Shown one piece after another: positions 20,004 through 29,775 of a stretch of 64,000 bases of DNA (position 1 is the stretch's first letter; the number at the start of each line of letters is the position of its first letter). The notes below the pieces were generated by a model that saw nothing but the letters and a program-made list of their open reading frames with translations, had not been told where the DNA came from and did not search any database. Source of the stretch: an uncultured Rivularia sp. (GTDB taxonomy: Bacteria; Cyanobacteriota; Cyanobacteriia; Cyanobacteriales; Nostocaceae); assembly GCA_963665115.1 (NCBI GenBank), contig OY762007.1, forward strand, positions 6,272,001 to 6,336,000, given 5' to 3'. The translations under genes and the position numbers were made by a program.

Positions 20004-20192
20004 ATCTTCATGAATGTTGCAGCATTAATTTTGACGTGAGAAGCATCTCTAAATCATCTTTGAGAAACACAAATCAAACCAGATTGCTAGAAATAAAACG
20101 AAAAATTTGCTTGATTTATAAAGGGATAGGGAGAACTAATTCAATAATCCCTATTTTTATTTTCACTACATGTAGCTGTACCCTAAATTCTC

Positions 20193-20224
20193 CTCACAAG
20201 TTTCTCATCTTATTTCTATACAAC
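20193..20224 (+). promoter_or_regulatory. CTCACA-box and -10 upstream of the orphan DevA
   Basis: CTCACAAGTTTCTCA, 11 nt, TACAAC. Confidence 0.7.
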
Positions 20225-20273
20225 ATAAGTACGGGACTAATTAATTGTGTAACATTAATCCCGTCCACAGATT

Positions 20274-21048
20274 ATGGTTGTAACAAAAGATAAAAAACCG
20301 GAAAATTCTTTATTCGTACAGCCAGCAAATACCCCCAAACAAAGGGGTAGTAAAAAAGTTATTTGTTGTCACCGTTCGTCATCTCTACCACGCTTTTGGT
20401 AAAGGAGATTTATGCAAGCCTGTTTTAAGTGATGTCAATTTATACATTTACAAAGGTGAAATTGTTATTATGCGCGGACCATCGGGAAGCGGTAAAACCA
20501 CTTTATTAACGTTAATTGGTGCTTTGCGTTCAATACAGCAAGGAAGCATATGCGTATTTGGTCGAGAATTATACGGTGCGAGCAAGTTGCAGTTAGTCAA
20601 AATTCGCCAGCAAATCGGATTTATTTTTCAGTCTCATAATTTACTCGAATCACTCACAGCACAGCAAAATGTAGGAATGTCCTTACGCTTGCATGAAAAT
20701 TTGTCGATTGAGGAGCGTACCGCAAGGTCACAGGCAATATTAGCATCTGTTGGTTTAGGGGAACGCATCGATTATTACCCCGAAAAGCTTTCTGGTGGAC
20801 AAAAACAAAGAATTGCTATTGCTCGTGCATTGGTAGGTGAACCTTTACTCGTACTAGCAGATGAACCTACAGCAGCTTTAGACAGTAAATCTGGTCGAGA
20901 TGTGGTGAATATCATGCAAAAACTAGCCAAGCTACAAGGAAGCACTATTTTGCTAGTGACTCACGATAGCCGCATTTTAGATGTTGCAGATAGAATTTTA
21001 CGGATGGAAGATGGACGGGTAACTCAAGATACATTACTAAAAACTTGA
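20274..21048 (+). CDS. Orphan DevA-family ABC ATP-binding protein, probable +1 frameshift near 20352
   Basis: GPSGSGKT, LSGGQKQR, LADEPT. DevA-like sequence (HAFGKGDL..PVL) continues upstream of 20470 and joins ATG 20274 across an A-run. Confidence 0.8.
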
Positions 21049-21341
21049 AATTAAATCCTTCACTTTGATAGCTTTTAGAATCGCTGTTAAAAATAATAGT
21101 CAGATTCTTGCAGTCATGCAATAAGTTATAGATGACCGACGAACTATCAATGCTTTGAGTATTTCTTGAAATTTAGATTAGGAGATGCAATTAATTATCT
21201 ACCCTTTTAATTAAAACTGCGAAAGCGGTAGAAATAGAAATCAATAAAAATTTCTCAGCTGCTGGTATTTATTATCAGCAGTTATCGTTTTACGGCTCAC
21301 GCCGACGAAAGAGTGAAGTCCGTAAAATCAAGGATTAAAAA

Positions 21342-21704
21342 ATGAAAACTCCACAAGAAATAGCCAGCGAGCTAAACCAATTTTATGGTTCAGCTACTCT
21401 CTACAAACACTGGCTCGGCTTGAAATATACTGAGGGAATCCAATACTTAGCTCAAGAAGCAAATTGCTACTGGTTATTAGATGCCATCGCTTCACATCAA
21501 ACAAAGCAATTCTTGTCTAATCCACAACTACGAGAATTTCAAATTTGGCATTTACAAGTTCAAGAAAATTCCGGTGTTTTGATATACGAGTGGGACACCA
21601 ATCAAGAAGTTTTACGCCAAGAAATCGAATATACAGATTTTCCATTGAGCCATATCAAGCTTTATTTGGTTAAAAAAGTTCTCATGCTCAATCACGAATA
21701 CTAA
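21342..21704 (+). CDS. Hypothetical protein of plasmid/phage type (DUF6876-like)
   Basis: L.QF.GS...Y.H....YTEG..YLA....YWLLDAIASHQ...FQIW.L...Q.IEYTDFPL pattern. Confidence 0.7.
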   Translation: MKTPQEIASELNQFYGSATLYKHWLGLKYTEGIQYLAQEANCYWLLDAIASHQTKQFLSNPQLREFQIWHLQVQENSGVLIYEWDTNQEVLRQEIEYTDFPLSHIKLYLVKKVLMLNHEY

Positions 21705-21740
21705 CGCGCATCACATACTTTTAAGAATTAGGAGAAAATC

Positions 21741-21953
21741 ATGATTCAGGCAATTGGTTCAGAACAGGTATTCGTCACAAATCTAGAACAATTTATGACT
21801 AAAGCCGACAAATTTATCAAAATTTACTATTCAGGTGTCAGCGATGAAAATCATCTGAGAGAAATACTGCAAGAACTGAAAAATCTAGGATTAGATACAG
21901 ATTTACAACAGTTAGAAATTGATTATCAGCATAACTGTGAAATGAAAGTATGA
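21741..21953 (+). CDS. Hypothetical protein
   Basis: 70-aa ORF with RBS AGGAG. Confidence 0.6.
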   Translation: MIQAIGSEQVFVTNLEQFMTKADKFIKIYYSGVSDENHLREILQELKNLGLDTDLQQLEIDYQHNCEMKV

Positions 21954-22073
21954 ACAGCAGATTATCACGATTCCTCTTGGTGCTGATAACCGAAACTTAA
22001 CGTACTGAAACACTCCAACAGAAAGAGGGTTTACGCCCAATAGAGAAATGAAAATTTAGGAGATATCTGTCTT

Positions 22074-22451
22074 ATGGCTACACGTAAATCCTCTGCACCA
22101 AACTTTCAAGCAATCGATGATGGAGTTTTAGGTGAATATTCAGTTAGCGATTACTCAGAAAGACTTTATTCCAAAGTCTACTACTCAATTCGTTCTTTAT
22201 GCGGACTTCTTGCCAAAAACAGTTTCCAAGATTTCAATTGGGATGTATTTAAAGAGCGCTTCGCAACTGATTTTGGAACAGTAGAAGAAAAGCGCTATTC
22301 CCTTGAACAATTACTGGAATTCGCCAACCGTAAATTTGGCAAAACTAAGGAAGATTTAGTAGTACTCAACGAATTATCTTGGCAGCGGAGACGAGAATAT
22401 GCTGCACGAGTAAATGCAAGCGTCAATCCTCAAATGAAAGTCGAGAATTAA
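22074..22451 (+). CDS. Hypothetical protein
   Basis: 125-aa ORF with RBS AGGAG; ends at the IS66 fragment junction. Confidence 0.65.
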   Translation: MATRKSSAPNFQAIDDGVLGEYSVSDYSERLYSKVYYSIRSLCGLLAKNSFQDFNWDVFKERFATDFGTVEEKRYSLEQLLEFANRKFGKTKEDLVVLNELSWQRRREYAARVNASVNPQMKVEN

Positions 22452-22760
22452 TACTGGCATTACAAACGAAATTAAAGGGAGATAAGTATTTGAGTAAGCT
22501 CGGTTCTCAACATCGTTCCCGAATATATGAAGCCGCTGCAATTGCTTTTTATCATCAACAATCTAATATTCCCATAATCAAAACTCTACTGTGCGATGAT
22601 GCTCCACAATTTAAGTCAATCACCTCAGACTTAGCTCTTTGTTGGGTGCATGAAGGACGGCATTATAAAAAATTAAGTCCACTTGTGCCTTGTCACCAAA
22701 AACTTTTAGATGATTTTTTGGAACGATTCTGGAACTATTACCGAAAATTATTGGCTCTTC
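22441..22760 (+). pseudogene. IS66-family transposase internal fragment
   Basis: LLCDDAPQFK......ALCWVHEGRHYKKL.P motif; no start or termini. Confidence 0.75.
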
Positions 22761-23029
22761 TTCCAATCCTTTTGGTTGGTCATGGATGCCTCAATAATCC
22801 CTATCCCTAAATTTTGAGCGGATACGCTAAATTGTTCTTTCTGTTGACTGATTTCCACTGAATAAGTGGGTGTGCAAAATTATTTGTGTCATTACGAGCG
22901 ATAGCGTTAGCGAAGCGTGTCCGATAGGACATAGTAATCTCAAAGTGTTGCGATGATCCACACCTTCGGTGAATGCTTCGTTTCACTTCGTTCCACTCGC
23001 AATGACAAATACACAATTAATTTTGCCTA

Positions 23030-24354
23030 GTACAACACGGCGTAAATAAACCAAGCATTATTATGGGATACTAATTAAGTAGAGAAAAAGTAGTTTAGGA
23101 AACTTGCAAGGAATCAGGGTGTGGCACGACTAACTCCAAAAGAATTAAAATTAAACGATTGCGATCGCCTAAAACTTCAACAGTTGGTTAACCAACACAA
23201 TACGCCGCAACAAATAGTATTGCGAGCAAAAATAATTATTCTAGCTGACAAGGGACAAAACAATGGTGAAATCGCTAGGACACTGGATATTAGCCTAGAC
23301 ATGGCTCGTTTATGGCGAAAAAGATGGTTAGAAACTAACGATAAAGAATTGTCCATTTTTCAAAGGTTAAAAGATTTGGAGCGTACTGGTACACCAGTAA
23401 AATTTACGATGGAACAAGTCATCGAACTATTCGCTCTTGCTTGCTCACCACCTGAAGATTATGGACGACCAATCAGTCATTGGACAGCAAAGGAACTCGC
23501 TGATGAGATTATAAAACAGGAGATTATTAAAAGCATATCTGTCCGCCATGTTGGAAGACTGTTAGAAGAAGCAGAGCTTAAACCCCACCAGAGTCGCTAC
23601 TGGTTAACCCCCCCCTGTAGATGAAGAATTTGAAGCAAAAGTTGAAGACATTACTGGTTTATATTTAAATGCAATTGAACGTCATTCGATGGGGGAACGT
23701 ACAATATCGATTGATGTTCCGGACTGGTATTCAAGCTGTTGAGCGTTTAGAGAAAGATTTACCAATGCGACCAGGTAAAGTTGAAAGAAAGGAGTTTGAA
23801 TATGTCCGTCATGGTACACAGACCTTAATTGCTAATTTCGATGTTGCTACCGGTAAGGTTATTGAACCCAATTGTGGTGATTCTAGAACGTTTGGCAGAT
23901 TTTCTCATTAATATCCGTCAAGTTATTGAAGGCGATCGCCATACTAAAAAGTGGCATCTAATTATGGATTGCCTCAATACTCACCAGTCCGAGTCACTGG
24001 TTCGTTTTGTTGCACAAAAAGAAGGTTTGGATATTGACTTAGGTATTAAAGGGAAAAGTGGTATCCTCAAGTCCATGAAATCCCGTGCAGATTTTTTGAG
24101 TGACCCAACGCATCAAATTGTTTTCCACTATACACCCAAACATTCTTCCTGGCTAAACCAAATTGAAATTTGGCTCAGCATTTTGGTTCGTAAGTTATTG
24201 AAGCGAGCTAGCTTTAAAAGCCAGTATGACCTCAAAACCCGAATTCTTGAATTTATTGACTACTTTAACGCAACAATGGCTAAACCTTTTAAATGGACAT
24301 ATAAGGGCAAAGTCTTAGCTGCTTAATACTTGGTTTATTTACGCCGTACTGTAC
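23030..24354 (+). mobile_element. IS630-family insertion sequence with TA target duplication
   Basis: IRs GTACAACACGGCGTAAATAAACCAAG / CTTGGTTTATTTACGCCGTACTGTAC, flanked by TA at 23028-23029 and 24355-24356. Confidence 0.9.
23121..24326 (+). pseudogene. IS630 transposase, multiply frameshifted
   Basis: HTH ORF 23121-23624 ending at a C8 run, then DDE parts ([31 protein letters not shown]) in different frames. Confidence 0.85.
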
Positions 24355-24427
24355 TAGGTACTTATAGTGTTTATTTCTAATGCAATATTGAGTTTACACT
24401 GCATCTGACCTTGCAAAATTTATCATA

Positions 24428-27400
24428 CTAATCCAAATCCCCTGAAGCAGGACGAAGACGCTTTGTATTATCCTGCAAAAATGCGGATGGCAAAACATAA
24501 TTACCATCAACAGCAGCAAAGGTAGGAAGTTTATTTGTAACTATATCAATGCTTCCTTGTTGTTGGTTGATTTGATGTTTTTTAATGTAAATTTGATTTC
24601 CACGCTCATCATCAAGACTAATAGTAAATGGAAGATTTAATGCTGTTGATTTCTGTTGTCCTAAATCACTTGTATAAAGTTTTTGGGCTTGTATATTAAG
24701 TCGAATTTTATATTTTCCATCTGGTAATTTTTGATAAACTGCGTCGGTTAATCCTACTTGATAGGTAATAACTGAAGAGAATAATTCTTTAATTTCTTCT
24801 CGTTTATCAACTGGTACTTTACTTAATATTGCATCTCGTAAATCAAGTACTGTTGGATATGGTGGTTGTTTAAATCGATATTTTTGCAAAAATTCCCGAA
24901 TACCAGATACTACAGCTTCTTTCCCAATTAAATCTTCAATTAGTTCGAGTATCATACCTCCTTTATGACGAGCGATTGGTAATTCGTTGTAAATGTCTGT
25001 TAAAGGAGGTTCTTTGAAATCAATTTTTCCTAGCTGACGGAAGAAGTCGCGCATCAATTGTTTTCGAGCTAAAAGTTGCTCTTTTGGGGTGCGTCGGGAA
25101 CGTTGGTAAAGAGAACTTGCATAAGCGCTGAGAGCTTCGCGGATTGTCATTCCCCCCGCTACGTCTGCTGCAATAATTTGGTCTTCCCACCAAGCATGAG
25201 CTAAAAGATATGTTGTCCAGTCGATGATGCTTTCTTTTCCTAACCCTTTGGCTTGACTTTTCCAAATTAAGACTTCGGGAATGCCAATAGTTCCAGCTTC
25301 CGAAAATACCATCCCGTCGTAGTAAACAAATTCTACTACCCGTACTTGTTCAAAAGGATATTTACCAAAAGTTTTCTCGTAGAATTCTAAAGCTTTACCA
25401 ACTTGGGTAGCAATCAATTTTACGTTGTCTTCGTGGGGTGGATGATAGTAAATTTCGATGGGAACTCGATAATTATTGTCTCGATAAACTTTGTAGCGTC
25501 CAGAATAGATAGTAAATTTACCGCGATTTTGCTGATTCGACTGATAGCGGAAGTAGTTTCTATCTCCTTGCGTCCATTTTTTAACCAATTTTCCAGATGT
25601 AACTACAGTTTGGTTGTCAGATGTACCGATAGTAACGTCGGTGCTACCCCATCCCAAATGTGACACCATTAAAGCCTGTTCTAATCCTACCGGGTCATCG
25701 TGACTCCGCATCCTTTCGTCGAGGGGTGGTAAATCGAGCTTTTGTCGCAGCCAAGCTTTTTTATGTTCTACCATCTTGGTATAACCAACGAAGGGTAAAA
25801 TAAACGGACTGTATAAATTAGTTCCATTTCCTACCACGTCGTTAGGATAAATCATATAAACATCATCGCTGTCTGACTGGTTCTGAAATCCTTGAGGACG
25901 TTCGGTTTTAGTCACAAACTGCATGGTTTGTTTTTCCCCCGGCATCAGTGGTTTTTCTAAGTCATAAATATAATATCCCCATGTAGGATGAGCTTCGCGT
26001 AATTTTGCTCCTGGATATTTAACTTCACCAAGTTTTAGGTTAATAAAAGTTAATAGGTGGATTTCGCGGATAGGGGATTTAGTCCGATTTTCTAATGTAT
26101 ATTCACCCCTAGCTAAAAAATAGCGTTTATCTGGATAAAGTTCGATATTTAGCCGAGTATTTGTAACTACCGGCATGGGCAGATTTTCGTATTTTTTGAA
26201 ACGCTTTTCTATTTGTGCTGCGGTTTCTTCTTTACCCGGAGGTTGATATTCGTTAACTACGGTGGTGTTATAACCAATCCATCCACCGACACCCGCAAAC
26301 ATCAATATTAAAGCTACTAAAAACCGTTTTATTCCTTTACTAGTAAGTTTCCATGCTCGTTTCCAATCTTTAACAAGACTCTTATCAAAAGTACCCCTGG
26401 GATAGATAATATAGGCTAAAAGCATTAAAACAGCGCCAAAGATTGCCCAGTAAAGCGTATACCAAAGATGTCCGGTTAATAAATGCCCGTAACCATTCAT
26501 TAAAGAATATTCAATATCGTTAGTAGCAGCAAAGCGATAGAGATTATGATATAAACCCAGAGCATCAAGAGGAATTTTTGATAAAGAAATTAACACCACC
26601 AAAGCCATACCAGCATATTTATGACGGGTGACTACCTGAGTAAAGATGGCAAGAATAGCTGTTAAGTAAAAATACGGCCCATGCTCTACAAACAGCATCT
26701 TAAAATACAAATCAAACTGAAAATAGTAGTAGCCATTGATAGCCTGATAATTTACCATCACAGCCATTGCTAACAGTAAATTGATTGTGATTATGGCGAA
26801 AAGTGCAGTTAGCTTTGATAACAGCAAAGTAGCATTAGAAACAGGTGTAGCGTCTACCACAGCTTGTAAACGAAGTTGGCGATCGCGCCATACTAATTCA
26901 CCCGAATAAACTACGATAATTGCGAAAAGAATATATTCTAAATAAATATTGGCTGAGTGAATTAAAATATCCGTACTGGGATTAGAGTAATTAAACGAAC
27001 GAGTTCCCATCGCTGCCACAACCAAGCTAATTAATCCGAATCCGGTTAATAATATAAACGCTTTTCCTTTTAAAATAGAGTTGATTTCAAACCACGTCCG
27101 ATGTATCCATTGTTGAAATAATAATTGTGGTGTTTGTTGTCTTAAGGAATGTCCCGAATTTAAAAAATTACCCGTAGTGTCCGCTTCTTGCTCCCTAATT
27201 CTTTCTCTACCCCCTCTACTTCCTCCACGAGATTCCATCACCTTCATCGAATAGCTGCGGTAACTCCAAAACCAACCAGCTAAAGCAATAAAAACCCATA
27301 AAATACGATTCCAAATTAGGGTTCCTCCTAAAGATGGCATCAAGGTATTATGCTGAAATACCGTCCAAGTCAAAGTATTTTCTTCAAAAGCATAAAACCC

Positions 27401-28042
27401 AAATGGATCTAACATTGCCCAAATGCGGTATAGTTCAAAGTCGATAACATCAACTCCCACCAACAATAGGGAAACAAGGTAGAGCATGACTAGAACAATT
27501 GCACCCGCATAGGTAATAATAATACTGCGAGTTCTTGAAGCCAAACCAAAGGCGATCGCACTCACTAAAAACAAATTTGGCAATACAAATAATAGATAGC
27601 TAGCTGCATACGCTTCCGGACGAAATGCACCTAATGCAAAAGGGTTTAATCCCGGCATCAAAGTACCTAAAAGCATTCCCGGAATATAGCTAGAAAATGC
27701 TAATAAAGTTACCGCAAAAGCTGCTAAGAAACGAGTTGTTAAATAGTTATTTTTACGAACAGGGGTAGAAAGAATTAACGATTCCATGCGGTGATTCGTA
27801 TCTCGCACAAAAGTTTCAGCAACAAAAGCAGATGCTGCTAAAATTCCAAAAATAGTATACCAAATAGTAACTTGAAAAATTTGAGAAGGACTATTAACGA
27901 AAAAGAAAGCGTTACCTTCTCCCGCTTTAGATACGATATCGGTAAATCCAATAGCGAAAAATAAGATTGCAATCAACCAAAATGTCGGACGACGTAGATG
28001 ATAGAAAGTTTCAAAACGTAGGATTGGTGAAAATGATTTCAT
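24428..28042 (-). CDS. ABC-2 permease / M1 aminopeptidase-like fusion
   Basis: Two multi-TM permease halves followed by an M1-like domain (YPFEQVRVVEF...AHAWW...E); follows the ABC ATPase gene. Confidence 0.85.
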   Translation of the reverse strand: MKSFSPILRFETFYHLRRPTFWLIAILFFAIGFTDIVSKAGEGNAFFFVNSPSQIFQVTIWYTIFGILAASAFVAETFVRDTNHRMESLILSTPVRKNNYLTTRFLAAFAVTLLAFSSYIPGMLLGTLMPGLNPFALGAFRPEAYAASYLLFVLPNLFLVSAIAFGLASRTRSIIITYAGAIVLVMLYLVSLLLVGVDVIDFELYRIWAMLDPFGFYAFEENTLTWTVFQHNTLMPSLGGTLIWNRILWVFIALAGWFWSYRSYSMKVMESRGGSRGGRERIREQEADTTGNFLNSGHSLRQQTPQLLFQQWIHRTWFEINSILKGKAFILLTGFGLISLVVAAMGTRSFNYSNPSTDILIHSANIYLEYILFAIIVVYSGELVWRDRQLRLQAVVDATPVSNATLLLSKLTALFAIITINLLLAMAVMVNYQAINGYYYFQFDLYFKMLFVEHGPYFYLTAILAIFTQVVTRHKYAGMALVVLISLSKIPLDALGLYHNLYRFAATNDIEYSLMNGYGHLLTGHLWYTLYWAIFGAVLMLLAYIIYPRGTFDKSLVKDWKRAWKLTSKGIKRFLVALILMFAGVGGWIGYNTTVVNEYQPPGKEETAAQIEKRFKKYENLPMPVVTNTRLNIELYPDKRYFLARGEYTLENRTKSPIREIHLLTFINLKLGEVKYPGAKLREAHPTWGYYIYDLEKPLMPGEKQTMQFVTKTERPQGFQNQSDSDDVYMIYPNDVVGNGTNLYSPFILPFVGYTKMVEHKKAWLRQKLDLPPLDERMRSHDDPVGLEQALMVSHLGWGSTDVTIGTSDNQTVVTSGKLVKKWTQGDRNYFRYQSNQQNRGKFTIYSGRYKVYRDNNYRVPIEIYYHPPHEDNVKLIATQVGKALEFYEKTFGKYPFEQVRVVEFVYYDGMVFSEAGTIGIPEVLIWKSQAKGLGKESIIDWTTYLLAHAWWEDQIIAADVAGGMTIREALSAYASSLYQRSRRTPKEQLLARKQLMRDFFRQLGKIDFKEPPLTDIYNELPIARHKGGMILELIEDLIGKEAVVSGIREFLQKYRFKQPPYPTVLDLRDAILSKVPVDKREEIKELFSSVITYQVGLTDAVYQKLPDGKYKIRLNIQAQKLYTSDLGQQKSTALNLPFTISLDDERGNQIYIKKHQINQQQGSIDIVTNKLPTFAAVDGNYVLPSAFLQDNTKRLRPASGDLD

Positions 28043-28392
28043 AACAATTATCAATTATCAATTATCAATTAGTTATCAGTTATCAGTTATCAGTTAGCTA
28101 GATTGTTTAATACCTCTATCTCTCTTTAATTCTTTTCTCTGCGCTCTCTGCGTCTCTGCGGTTTTTTAATCCTTAATCTCTCAGGGAGAATTTTAAATCA
28201 TTTGTGAGATTTTAGAAACCCGGTTTTTAAAAAAAAACCGGGTTTTTGGCACCTACATTTCTCGTGATAATTGTTTTTAAATAAACCAACACTTGAATAA
28301 TTATTAAACCGCAGAGGGCGCTGAGGACACAGAGAAAGAGAAAAGAGAGAAAGTACAACAAAATATTTAGTCTTTATCTAACTAATCCCTTT

Positions 28393-29280
28393 TCAAACAG
28401 TAATAAATTGTTGAGGTTTTCCTAATAAAGCAGTGAAGTAAACATCATTCAAATCTGGTTCTACAGAATGAAAATCACTATCTGGTTGAGAATTACTCAA
28501 AACTCGAACCCATCTGTCTCCCCGTGACATCCGAGAAGTGATAACCGTCCATTTTTCAGAATCATTTTTATCTCGTTCCAATCGAATAATTTTAGTCCAA
28601 ACTCTCCCACTTAAAGCATTAACTAACGCTTGGGGGCTACCACTACGAATAATTTCACCACGATTCATAATTGCCATATTCGGACAAAGCTCGGCTACAT
28701 CTTCAACGATGTGAGTAGAAAGAAGTAAAACTCTATCTTGACTGATTTCTGAAAGCAAATTTTGAAACCGAATCCGCTCTGCTGGATCTAAACCTGCGGT
28801 AGGCTCATCCACAATTACCAGTTTCGGAGAACCTAACAAAGCTTGAGCAATACCGAAACGCTGTCTCATTCCACCAGAAAAGGTTCCTAATTTCTGTTTT
28901 CGTTTTTCGTATAAATTAACTAGCTGTAGCTGTCGTGCTACTATTTCTCGTCTTTCTTTACGATTAATAAATCCTTTGAATACTGCTAATTGGTCTAATA
29001 AATCTTCGCATGAAACCGTGGGATAAACACCGAAGTCTTGAGGTAAATAACCCAACTGACTGCGAGCAATTTGGGGATTTTTGAGAACATCTAAGCCCTG
29101 GAGCATTATCGAACCCGAATCCGCATCTTGCAATGTGGCTAAAGTACGCATTAAACTTGATTTACCCGCACCATTCGGGCCAAGCAAACCAAAAATTCCG
29201 CAATCTATTTCTAAAGATATATCTCGAAGCGCTTGAATACCGTTTGCATAAGTCTTGCTCAATTTTTGAATTGCGAGCAT
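28393..29280 (-). CDS. ABC transporter ATP-binding protein
   Basis: GPNGAGKS, FSGGMRQR, VDEPTAGLD. Confidence 0.93.
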   Translation of the reverse strand: MLAIQKLSKTYANGIQALRDISLEIDCGIFGLLGPNGAGKSSLMRTLATLQDADSGSIMLQGLDVLKNPQIARSQLGYLPQDFGVYPTVSCEDLLDQLAVFKGFINRKERREIVARQLQLVNLYEKRKQKLGTFSGGMRQRFGIAQALLGSPKLVIVDEPTAGLDPAERIRFQNLLSEISQDRVLLLSTHIVEDVAELCPNMAIMNRGEIIRSGSPQALVNALSGRVWTKIIRLERDKNDSEKWTVITSRMSRGDRWVRVLSNSQPDSDFHSVEPDLNDVYFTALLGKPQQFITV

Positions 29281-29366
29281 TAATTCTAGCCTCCCGAATC
29301 TTGTTAATTAATGGAAACTTGTTATTGATAGAGAAACTTACGGTTACAAAATCATGCTGCAATATT

Positions 29367-29385
29367 ATTGCAAATATTTCTTAAT
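29367..29385. promoter_or_regulatory. Putative Fur box
   Basis: ATTGCAAATATTTCTTAAT resembles the 19-bp ATTGAGAATnATTCTCAAT inverted repeat; lies between divergent genes. Confidence 0.45.
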
Positions 29386-29775
29386 AAGTCGATATAAAAA
29401 TCAAAAAAATCAAACTTGGGCGCATCGCTATGATTATTTCATCCAGGATACAGTATCTCTGACAAATACAACGTATAATTTAATTCAACGTAATAATTGA
29501 AATGTTTCTAAATTGTATTTCAGGGAAATATTCCTCAAAAAACCGAATATGCAGCCCTTTTGGTTAAGAAATACGTGGTAATATCAAATCCGTTTGTATA
29601 TGAATTATTCTCTTTCCTCTTCCTCTGCGTCCTCTGCGTCTCTGCGGTTTTTTATCATTTGGATACTACCGGATTTAATATAATGGCTAAAATTAATATT
29701 AGGCAGAATCTTTGCCTGTCGATTATCTGGGAAAAACATCTTTCTATTATTCAGAATCATTACAAGCTTAAAAAT

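Larger units (their letters stand above)
22863..24364. mobile_element. MITE-like repeat interrupted near its right end by IS630
   Basis: Left end TAAGTGGGTGTGCAAAATTA; right end TAATTTTGCC-TA-GGTACTTA once the IS is removed; core shared with 569-698. Confidence 0.6.

Noticed and set aside
19718..20293. ORF-track 73-aa (-) and 107-aa (+) ORFs
   Set aside because: No RBS or recognisable motifs; they overlap promoter boxes and the better-supported 39-aa ORF
21045..21172. Possible KTSC-like remnant on the minus strand (SIDSSSVIYNLLHDCKNLTIIFNS)
   Set aside because: Weak resemblance and no convincing start; cannot be supported without a search
21970..22030. Hammerhead ribozyme (CTGATAA...GAAA)
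   Set aside because: Core deviates from CUGANGA and the required stems cannot be formed
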